32,000 nt of DNA from Enterococcus saigonensis (GTDB lineage: Bacteria; Bacillota; Bacilli; Lactobacillales; Enterococcaceae): the NCBI RefSeq assembly GCF_011397115.1, contig NZ_AP022823.1, positions 1-32,000 on the forward strand, given 5' to 3'. Position numbers and translations under genes: made by a program. The notes beneath the pieces were generated by a model, which made no database searches, had not been told where the DNA came from, and worked only from the letters and a program-made list of their open reading frames with translations. This document shows, piece after piece, positions 16,672 to 25,200 of this stretch. Each line of letters begins with the position of its first letter. Within the stretch, counting starts at the first letter, position 1.

Positions 16672-16736
16672 CCTCATCGTCGCAAAGAGGGCAAAAATCT
16701 CTTAAAGGGATTTTTGCCCTCTTTGCGACGATGAGG
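16672..16736 (-). terminator. Very long perfect hairpin (28-bp stem, 9-nt loop) with a T-rich tail on the minus strand
   Basis: CCTCATCGTCGCAAAGAGGGCAAAAATC-TCTTAAAGG-GATTTTTGCCCTCTTTGCGACGATGAGG. On the minus strand it is followed by CTTTGTTTTTCGTTCTTGTTTTT. Confidence 0.55.
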
Positions 16737-16739
16737 TCT

Positions 16740-16910
16740 ACTTGGAATTTCTTCTATCAAATTAATCTTAAGTAAATTTTCAATCGCTCCATACATAGTT
16801 CCTGCTGCTACCTTAACTGATCCATCACTTAACTTATCAATTTCTTGAATAATAGCATATCCATGAACGGGTGTAGTTAAAACTAAAATAATATAAAAAA
16901 GTTCTTTCCG
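16740..16910 (-). pseudogene. PadR-family transcriptional regulator remnant (N-terminal winged-helix part only, no start codon)
   Basis: The minus-strand frame reads RKELFYIILVLTTPVHGYAIIQEIDKLSDGSVKVAAGTMYGAIENLLKINLIEEI. This fits the PadR signature (ILxLL..P.HGY.I...I......V..GT.Y.A...L). A stop codon lies immediately upstream and the C-terminal half is missing. Confidence 0.5.
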
Positions 16911-16996
16911 TTAAAGGTAAATATGGATTTCTAATCATACAAAGAAAGTCAAGTATTAGAAAAAAGTTCACTAGGATAATAGTCTAAGATTCTATT

Positions 16997-17130
16997 AAAA
17001 ATTCAAAAGATCAAGTGTTCACTTCGCTCTCACTGCCCTCGACGTTTTAGTAGCCTTTCCATAACTTCGTTCAGTCTAAGCCAACTAAAAGTTTTCGTGC
17101 TACTCTCTCCTTCACCCTAAAAAATAAATC
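16997..17130. repeat. 135-bp repeat, copy R2
   Basis: See R1. The shared core is CTTCGCTC.CACTGCCC.TCGACGTTTTAGTAGCCTTTCC...ACTTCGTTCAGTC.AAGC.AACTAAAA.TTTTCG.GCTACTCTCTCCTT..CCCTAAAAAA. Confidence 0.8.
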
Positions 17131-17241
17131 GAGTTGTGTGTCTGTTTTCGGCCATTTTGATATCTTATTTAAACTTTCTTGAATAAATGTACGCTCTAAA
17201 CGAGGTCACTGGAACATCCGTTTCAAGCCTTTCGTGTGAGA

Positions 17242-17575
17242 ATGATGAAAAAGCTGCAATTAAAAGGGCTCAAAAATGAAGCACAGAAACTGAAAGTAAA
17301 TTGGCGTTTCTTAACTAAAAACAGATGGAATATTAAAAAACTTGGTGTAGTTTCCGTGCACCTAAATTCCCACTTCTTACAGAAAGTTTAGACGAAGAAT
17401 TTAGAAAAAACTACAAAATTTACTCAAATATAACGAAGGTATACGAAGTGCATTGATTTATCCCCATACCAATGACAAAATAGAAGCTAAGAATACCCAT
17501 ATTAAACAATGAAACGTGTATCTTATGGATTTAAATCATTTGATAACATGAGCATTTTTTATTTGACTTCTAGCA
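17242..17575 (+). pseudogene. Degraded 3' end of an ISL3-family transposase gene (several frameshifts and stops)
   Basis: Pieces lie in different frames: KVNWRFLTKNRWNIKKLG; FRKKLQNLLKYNEGIRSALIYPHTNDKIEAKNTHIKQ; MKRVSYGFKSFDNM. The last two fit the ISL3 C-terminal signature (.NG.IEG.NN.IK..KR.AYGFR.F.NF). Confidence 0.6.
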
Positions 17576-18680
17576 TTCTTTCTTCTTTTAACATAACTTT
17601 TTTCTTATTTATCTTCCAAATCTTGGATGGCCTCTTTTTTTTCTTCAAACCAAACTGCACCAACCAACTCTTGCCCAATTTCAAACGATAGCAATCCCCT
17701 GGTAGATCGGTAAAAGTGACTTGTCCGGTTTGATCTGTTAGTTCTTGATAGGCTTTTCCATTACGCCGCAGGGCTTTTTTCCCTTTTTTATCATAGAGTG
17801 CGATTGGCGTATGTTCTGCCACGCCTTCTAAGCAAACAGTGAAATCAAAACGCACTTTCCGCAATCGGTAACGGGCGATCACATGATATAATTGATAAAT
17901 AGCGGCTAAGATCAACAGGGCCGTCACCGCCAAGATAGCGATTTGTTTCAACTTACGAAAACGATCGCCTTTGACTTGTTTTTTCTCGGCAGCCGGTGTA
18001 TATGGCACGCGTTTTCCTGTGACTAACAAACGGTGACTATTGATCATATAAGGGGTACAGGTCATGAGCGTCACCAAGTCTTGGCCTGGTTCGATCTTTA
18101 AAACCGAAGTCTGATCTGGCGTCACGACTTGGCTGTCAAACACTTCATAAGCCAAGGTTTCCCCTAAGACATTTAGCAGAAAAATATCACCGTTTTTAAG
18201 CTCCGGCAGATTGGTGAAGAGTTCCCGTTCTGGCAAGCCACGATGAGCCGAGATCACCGCATGGGTACTTGCGCCACCAACAGGAAAGGACGTGCCATCT
18301 AGGACCGTCGCACCTTGTTCCAATAAATCATCATTGGTCGTATCAAATAGCGGTAACTCAATGGCCAAATCAGGAAGATTGATGGTCCCAATCAAATGCT
18401 TTTTGTAATAAGCAGCTGAAACCGTACCACCATTCGGATTCGCAAACGGATCGGCACCCGGAGCTAACCCGCTGTCGCTCAATTTATTATTTTCTTCCGC
18501 CAGTCGCTTGCGTTCGGCTTCAAATTCTTTCTGGCTTTCCTTCAAATAGCGATCGACGCGCACTTGATCGATCACATTATTCAACGCATCGACATAAAAG
18601 GGATAGAGCATGGTCAAGATGCCGACCATAAAAATGAGGATGATCGCAATTTGCGAGATCACTTGCCGATTTTTCTTCAT
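17559..18680 (-). CDS. Class C (pilus-polymerising) sortase, 373 aa, with a ~107-aa extension after the C-terminal TM
   Basis: N-terminal TM; active-site His in VISAHRG and Cys in LVTLMTCTPY...HRLLVTG; second TM at ~245-266; then a K/R-rich tail. The ATG overlaps the upstream sortase stop (ATGA). Confidence 0.9.
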   Translation of the reverse strand: MKKNRQVISQIAIILIFMVGILTMLYPFYVDALNNVIDQVRVDRYLKESQKEFEAERKRLAEENNKLSDSGLAPGADPFANPNGGTVSAAYYKKHLIGTINLPDLAIELPLFDTTNDDLLEQGATVLDGTSFPVGGASTHAVISAHRGLPERELFTNLPELKNGDIFLLNVLGETLAYEVFDSQVVTPDQTSVLKIEPGQDLVTLMTCTPYMINSHRLLVTGKRVPYTPAAEKKQVKGDRFRKLKQIAILAVTALLILAAIYQLYHVIARYRLRKVRFDFTVCLEGVAEHTPIALYDKKGKKALRRNGKAYQELTDQTGQVTFTDLPGDCYRLKLGKSWLVQFGLKKKKRPSKIWKINKKKVMLKEERMLEVK

Positions 18681-19873
18681 TTTTTCGCTCCATTCTCCAG
18701 ATAATAAGTAACTTTCTTACCGTGCTTTTTCTTCGTGACGCGGCTTAAAACAAACTGCCGATCTTTTAAACGGCGGACCTTGCCCTTAACTGGTTTTGTC
18801 GATCCATCGATCGCCTTGGCATAATAACGACCCCCTCTGATCTCAGGGAAAGACACCCATCCATCCACCTGGCTTACAGCAACTGGTTGGCTAGTGACAT
18901 CTGTTGCCCAGCGTTTTTTACGGACTAAGGTAAAAGTCACGCCTGCTTTGGGTTGACCATTTTCCAATAAGTAAAAACAAAAGTCATAACTGTGTTTGCC
19001 ACTTTGATAATAGACGAACTTGCGATACATCCAATAGAAAATCATGGCAAAGAAAAGCGGGATCAGTAGTAAATACAAGCGAAAACGCCGTTCGACCGCT
19101 TTTTTGGTACTGGTCACTTCCTCCGCCATTTCCTCCACATAAGGCACACGGTGTCCAGTGACTAATAAACGATGGGTATTGATGCCATAAGGTGTACAAG
19201 TCAATAAGGTCACCAAGTCCCGCCCCGGTTGGATGACCACTTTGTCGATATCCGACGGTAAAACGATCTGGATGTCATCGACCGCATAAGCCAATTTTTC
19301 CCCAGCAATGGTCAAATAAAAATCATCGCCAATCACCAACTTTTCTAAATCTGTAAAAAGTTTACGTTCCGTCAAGCCACTGTGGCCTGAGATCACCGAA
19401 TGGGTACTATTGCCACCGATCGGATAAGACGTTCCTTGTAAAATCGTCGCGCCTTTTTCCAAAAGAGCAGCATTGGTTTCATCAAATAAAGGTAAGCTGA
19501 CCGAAATTTTTGGAATATAGATAGCACCCACGGTATGCTCTTCATAATAGGCTTTACCCGGATCTTTGGCATCATCGACCGCATTTTCAAACGGGTCTTC
19601 TACCAGTCCCATGCCAGGAATATTGGTCATGTTCTTACTTTCAGCTAGCTCTTTATTTTTTTCGGCCATTTCTTGGTGCCTTTTTGCTTGTTCTTTGGTA
19701 TTTGTTGCGGCCATCTCAGCCAAGTTTTTTTCCATCATCTTTTGGTCATAATAGGAATTCACCGCATTGGACAAAAAGGGATAGCTGAAAATAATGGCAC
19801 CGGTCGTAAATAAAATCGCCATTAGCAGTTTTAAAATCAAATTGATCCGTTCATTTTTTTGGCGCTGATCCAT
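18677..19873 (-). CDS. Class C sortase, 398 aa, with a ~115-aa extension after the C-terminal TM
   Basis: N-terminal TM; VISGHSG and LVTLLTCTPYGINTHRLLVTG; second TM at ~264-283; then a K/R-rich tail. Confidence 0.9.
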   Translation of the reverse strand: MDQRQKNERINLILKLLMAILFTTGAIIFSYPFLSNAVNSYYDQKMMEKNLAEMAATNTKEQAKRHQEMAEKNKELAESKNMTNIPGMGLVEDPFENAVDDAKDPGKAYYEEHTVGAIYIPKISVSLPLFDETNAALLEKGATILQGTSYPIGGNSTHSVISGHSGLTERKLFTDLEKLVIGDDFYLTIAGEKLAYAVDDIQIVLPSDIDKVVIQPGRDLVTLLTCTPYGINTHRLLVTGHRVPYVEEMAEEVTSTKKAVERRFRLYLLLIPLFFAMIFYWMYRKFVYYQSGKHSYDFCFYLLENGQPKAGVTFTLVRKKRWATDVTSQPVAVSQVDGWVSFPEIRGGRYYAKAIDGSTKPVKGKVRRLKDRQFVLSRVTKKKHGKKVTYYLENGAKK

Positions 19874-19910
19874 GCTTGCACCTCCTTCTCCCTATTTAAA
19901 AGAAAGAAAA

Positions 19911-19935
19911 GGCAACTTCAAGAAATGAAGCTGCC
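19911..19935 (-). terminator. Intra-operon stem-loop with a T-tract between the major pilin and the sortase genes
   Basis: The minus strand reads GGCAGCTTCA-TTTCT-TGAAGTTGCC (one G-U pair), followed by TTTTCTTTCTTTT; it starts 24 nt after the pilin stop. Confidence 0.55.
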
Positions 19936-19958
19936 TTTTGCTATTTTAAAACTATATC

Positions 19959-21446
19959 TTAGACTTCAGCTTGTGTTTTAGATTTCTTGAACCAAGCGTA
20001 AGCACCGATCATAAGAGCAGCACCGATAAGTAAGAAGGCATAGATCCCGTTACCACCTGTTGATGGAAGCAGACCTTTAGGCGTGTTAAGAACAGACTTT
20101 AGTTCTTGACTGCCATATTGACCGTGTTCAACAGTGAAATCGACATCTTCATCAAGTAACACATATTTATCACTTGAAGTCGCTTTTTCTTCTAATTGAT
20201 AGTCACCATTTGTCAAACCAATTACTTTCAACTCACCTTTGTCGTCAGAAATGATTTTCGTTGCTTTTGCTTCATCAGTCGTCCATTCTTTAAAGATATA
20301 TTCACCTTTAGTGTTTTTAGCATCTTCAAATATTGCAAAGTTAGAGCCTTGTTTTACGACAAATTCCGCACCAGATAAGGTTGCACCAGATTGCGAATCT
20401 TTTTTGACGAATTTATAACCACCTGTACCAAATTGTGTTGGAGGTGTAATTTTATCTTGAGGGTTGTTACCAATTGTTACTTGGGCACTATTGTTTACTA
20501 AATCATCAGGATTTACTTCAGCAGTTAATTTCATTTTGTAAGTAGCAATCAATTGACTACCAGCTAATTTTCCTACATTTTCACTTTGTTTCAAAGTAAC
20601 AGTAAATCCGCCAGTTGCAGAATCTTCAGCTAATTCATAGTCAGTTCCAGCTACTAAACCAGTTGCTGCAAAAGAATCTTTTACATAAGCAAGTCCAGCA
20701 GTTGGCGTATCAGTTACAGAGTAAGTGACGCCATCTTCCAGAATGTCCGCAGGAATATTTAAAGTTAATTTATATTCGATTTCATCGCCAGTTGTAAGGT
20801 TATGATATAAAACATTTCCATCAGCATCCTTAACTTCAGTGAACTTATCTAAATTCGCAACTTCTTTTTTATCAGTCTTGGTTTCGTTCTTTGGATAGAC
20901 TTGAACGTTGGTGTTGATTGTATCTGAATATTTGCCATCTTTAAACGTATAGATTGGCATTGCTAAAACGATTGGAGCGGCTTTTGTCGTTACGGAAACA
21001 TTGCCTGGCGTGCTTGTTTCAACAAACATATAGACTTTATCTTTGTCGCCGTCTTTTAAAGCAAGTCCTTCAAAAGTTGTTTGACCATTGGCATCCGTTT
21101 TTTGTTCTGCTTTTGCTACAGTTGTGTAATCTGACGCATTATCAGCAATTTCTTTTGTTGCTTCTGCTTGTGACTTACCATCTGCAATCAGAGCAAGATA
21201 AGCATCTGTTACATCATAGGCTGTAAAGCCGGCTTCTTCAAGTGGATCTCCACCAAAGTCCATTTCTTCCCCAGTATTTTGCATGGAACCTTGTGCTGGA
21301 GCTTCGCCATCTTTCCAGATTCGTTTGTTGATCGTTACATTTGTCGTTGTTGCTTCAGCAGCACTTACTGTTTTCGCACCAAACACGCCGGTGAATAAAG
21401 GCACTACAAGTAGTGCTGCAAAAAGTGTTTTCCATAATTTCTTCAT
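19959..21446 (-). CDS. Major (backbone) pilin candidate, LPXTG-anchored, 495 aa
   Basis: Signal peptide MKKLWKTLFAALLVVPLFTGVFGAKTVSA; pilin motif VQVYPKN; E-box-like GDYQLEEKATSSDKY; LPSTGG followed by a hydrophobic segment and a KKSK tail. It may correspond to the plasmid-borne E. faecium PilA-type locus, but I cannot confirm this from memory. Confidence 0.8.
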   Translation of the reverse strand: MKKLWKTLFAALLVVPLFTGVFGAKTVSAAEATTTNVTINKRIWKDGEAPAQGSMQNTGEEMDFGGDPLEEAGFTAYDVTDAYLALIADGKSQAEATKEIADNASDYTTVAKAEQKTDANGQTTFEGLALKDGDKDKVYMFVETSTPGNVSVTTKAAPIVLAMPIYTFKDGKYSDTINTNVQVYPKNETKTDKKEVANLDKFTEVKDADGNVLYHNLTTGDEIEYKLTLNIPADILEDGVTYSVTDTPTAGLAYVKDSFAATGLVAGTDYELAEDSATGGFTVTLKQSENVGKLAGSQLIATYKMKLTAEVNPDDLVNNSAQVTIGNNPQDKITPPTQFGTGGYKFVKKDSQSGATLSGAEFVVKQGSNFAIFEDAKNTKGEYIFKEWTTDEAKATKIISDDKGELKVIGLTNGDYQLEEKATSSDKYVLLDEDVDFTVEHGQYGSQELKSVLNTPKGLLPSTGGNGIYAFLLIGAALMIGAYAWFKKSKTQAEV

Positions 21447-21510
21447 TTTCTAATCCCTCCTTTATTTTTTGTACAATATTCCAATAGACCTTAGTCTTTT
21501 GTACCTTTGA

Positions 21511-22242
21511 TTAATTGTTTCGTACAGAGTGTTTCCGCCATAAAATGATCGCCGTACCGATCAAAAGAATCCCCAATATACCTAGGAAGGATTTTGCTTC
21601 ACCTGTTTGTGGAAAGCGTTTCTTCGGTTTACTTGGTTTTTTAGGTTTAGTTGGTGTCACTGGCTTTTCAACGATTGTTTCCACATTTTTAGGATAAAGG
21701 TGAACGGTAGCTAATTCTTTGTCCGTATAGGTTTTACCGTCTGTGCTCATTTCATATACTGGTAAAGCCACTACTAAGGGTTCGGCCGCTTTTTCGACTT
21801 TTACCTTTTCAGGATCAGGCAATGCCGTTTCAACAATCAGGTAAACCGCATTTTTACCGCCACTGCTTTTAGGTAGTTGGGTAAATTTGATTGTGCCTTT
21901 TTCATCAGTCAGGCCTTGTTCTCTGATAATTTTTTGATAGTCAGCAACATTTTCTTGAATCATTTGAATAGTTGTTGTTTCGTCAGAGCCTTTGACCAAT
22001 TTATAGTAATCCTCTGTAATGTCATAAATCGTAAAGCCGACCCCTTCGATTGGATCTTTGGTATCTTGATCGGCCGCTCCCGTATTTTGAATAGTTGCAT
22101 CAGGTGCTTGGTCCCACAATTGTTTGTGGATCACAATATCGATCGTCCCGTCATCCGCAAAGGCTTGTTGCCCCGTAAAGATCCCTACCAGCAAAGTTGA
22201 AAGAAGTAAGGTGATTTTGATGAACAATGATTTATTCTTCAT
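21511..22242 (-). CDS. Small minor/base pilin candidate, 243 aa, with the non-canonical sorting motif FPQTG
   Basis: Signal peptide; N-terminal domain paralogous to the major pilin (IDIVIHKQLW...IQNTG...GVGFTIYDIT vs NVTINKRIW...MQNTG...EAGFTAYDVT); HLYPKN motif; Pro/Lys-rich linker; FPQTGE (21601-21615) followed by a TM and an RKHSVRNN tail. Confidence 0.8.
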   Translation of the reverse strand: MKNKSLFIKITLLLSTLLVGIFTGQQAFADDGTIDIVIHKQLWDQAPDATIQNTGAADQDTKDPIEGVGFTIYDITEDYYKLVKGSDETTTIQMIQENVADYQKIIREQGLTDEKGTIKFTQLPKSSGGKNAVYLIVETALPDPEKVKVEKAAEPLVVALPVYEMSTDGKTYTDKELATVHLYPKNVETIVEKPVTPTKPKKPSKPKKRFPQTGEAKSFLGILGILLIGTAIILWRKHSVRNN

Positions 22243-22243
22243 C

Positions 22244-25200
22244 TTAGTTCAACTCCTTTCGATTACGGTAGAAGTAGCAGATCGTAAGAGCACCCGCTGC
22301 TGTGACAAGAGCTAAGGCTACTATGATGAAAGTCTGTATACCTGATCCGCCGGTTGCTGGCAGTTGTCCTTTGGGTGTATTAGCAACCGTCAATTCGATG
22401 ACGTTATTGTCCTCATCTTTTAGATTTACTTTGATAGCATCTTTATCAAGATCCTTACCATCATAAGTCACATTGCCGACAGTTCCGTCCGCATTTATAG
22501 TGACCTCGAAAGTCCCTTCTAAAAGGACAAACCCTTCTGGTGCTTTCGTTTCTTTGATAACGTAAGTTCCTGGACGAACACCGTAATGATTACCCGAAGC
22601 ATCTAAAAACTGACCCGTTCCTTCATCATTGGTCTTCAGAGTAGCCAAAATCGTATTGGAATCCTCTTTTGTGGCTAAGCTGAATTCAGTATCTGCTAAT
22701 GGTTTGTTGCTTTGCGAGTTCTTTTTAAGAATTGAAAAGTCAAAATCACGCAGTTCATTGTATTTGATTAAAACAATCTTATTATCACTCGTTAAATAGA
22801 AACCATCTGTCGTTGGTTTTGAGTTAGCGGTGATTTCTTTGCCATTTTCATCAAGTAGTTTCCCAGCGCTATCGATTTGGAACTTAAAGACTGTATCGTC
22901 TTTCTTATAGCCTGTCGGTACCTTCGTTTCTTCCAAGCTGTAATAGCCTGGTGCCAGGCTAGCAAAAGATTTGGCATCATTTCCGATCAAATCATCACCG
23001 ACAACTTTACCATCATTCGTCCACTTATCGTCATATTGCTTCAACGTGAACTTCGCACCGTCTAATGTTTTACCACTATCTTTATTATATTTTTCAACCA
23101 ATAAAGGACGTTTGGTAAACTCATTTTCAATGGTGTACTTGATAGTGTTGTCTTTGATTTCAATACCCGTTACAGCATCGTTGATGGTTACTTTACCTTC
23201 TGCACTAACGTTGACTTTCCAACTAGTTGTAGTAGCCGTATGTCCAGCTGGTGGTGTAACTTCTGTCAATGTATACTCAGTATTTAATTGCAGCTTGTAC
23301 TTATCATCAGACAACGTATAGGTTCCATCCCCGTTGTCCTTAAGTTCAACGCCTGCATTTGGCAAACTACCTCCACTTAGTTTAAAGACTGCTCCTTTAA
23401 GAGGTGTCTTTCCTTGATCAGAAATTTTAGTGATCTCTAAAGCAAGTGGTGTGTAGATTTTTTTATTGGTCCAAATGGTTGTAGCAGCATTACTTGAAGA
23501 TTCATAGCCATTGACCGTTGCTTCTTCAAAGCTATAAGCAAAATCATTCCCTTTATTGTTGAATTGTGGCAACCAAAGCGATTCAGTAGCTCCTTGTGTT
23601 TCGGCTACTTTTTCAATATTGGTCTTTTCCCAGACATTAGTATCTGTAGCAACATCGCTTTTAGAAAGACGAATAAAACCTTGCTTCCAAGAATTGCTCT
23701 CTGTGGTATCTTTTCGGTTCAAGGTGAAATTAAGAGAATCGGGACGTTTACTCGTATCCTTATCGTATTCTTCCCAAATCTTTTTCAGATCGAGTTTCAC
23801 CCCCGGTGCCTTTGCGGAAGGAACGCCAAAGTCTACTTTATTATCCGGATTGTCTCCGTTTGGTGTCAAAGTTGTTTGACCATTCATCGGATACCATTTT
23901 TCCGGCGTGAAATCTTTATCTTCTGTATTGATACGCACTTGATAATGGATCTGAATTTCTTGATCTTTGCCTAAGTTCAACTCAGTAGTGGTCACTTTAC
24001 CATTCGACTGGTTTACGGTCGGTAAATTCGTTACAGCACTATCCCCTGTACTGATGCTCTTCACAGTTGGAGTGCCTTCATAAGAGAACTGATCACCCAA
24101 AGGATCATTGATCGAACCATTGACTATGGTGTTGAAAGATTTCACTACATTTTTAGCTTCTTCATTCAAATAATCAGAAACATCGTCTGTTGTTTCAGCA
24201 TCTTTGTATTTACCCGGTGTAGCGATAAGACTTGCTCTATCGCGAACTTGTTGTTCAGTTAAAAAATTTCCATCCTTACTCAGCTGAATTCCCAGCGTGT
24301 GGATAGTTAAGCCCGCATCTTTGGCGATTTTAGCTGCTCCTAATGTGGCCGGCCAAGTACTATCAATATTTGTTCTATTTCCCCAAGAACCAACCTCATA
24401 ACTACGATTGAGTTTAGAGGTAGTGCCTGGTTCATCCAATCCATTACCAAATTCAGTAGCATAGGTAGTCCCATCAATCGTTTGCGCAGCGGTTACCTTC
24501 TTAGAAAAAGTAGGAACCCCATCGGTCAATACGATCATCATTTTGTTTTCATTGGAGCTTCCCGCAAGCATCTGCTGACCTTGCTCGATCCCGATTTGAG
24601 TGTAAGTGCCTCCTGTAAATTTTGGTTTTAAAGTATCATTGATTGCATTTATATGACTAGTATCCGAAACTTTACCTATCGGTACAGTAAGATAACCGTT
24701 AGCCCCTGTTACATATCCTGGACTAGAAAATCCGACTAAACCAACATTGACGTAATCCCCAATGCCTGCGTCTTTAATGGTTTGCAAGAAATTTTTCACA
24801 CCATTTCTGGCTGCACCAGCACGATCATTCCAGCCGTTACTTTGACTCGATTCCATACTTCCTGACATATCCACTACCAAAACAATATCAACTGGTTTGA
24901 TATCTTGTTGCTCATTACCTTTTACATTCAAATATACATCGTAAAGCCCTGGTTTACTCGTTTCTTTGGCATACTTCCGAATGGCAAAATCTGTTTGTTT
25001 TTCACCATACTGGATATAAGAATGTGTTGTGTCTGATGGATCGCCATTCCAGCTAGTTACACCATCCCAAGTGGCAAAGTTGCGTTCCTTGTTCCCTTGG
25101 TGGTTGATCACATTTGTTTGCCCAGCTGGTTGCCAGCTATTAGTCGGATAAGTTCCTTTTGTGGCATCTGTCGTATATTCTGGCGCAATATTGCTGTAAT

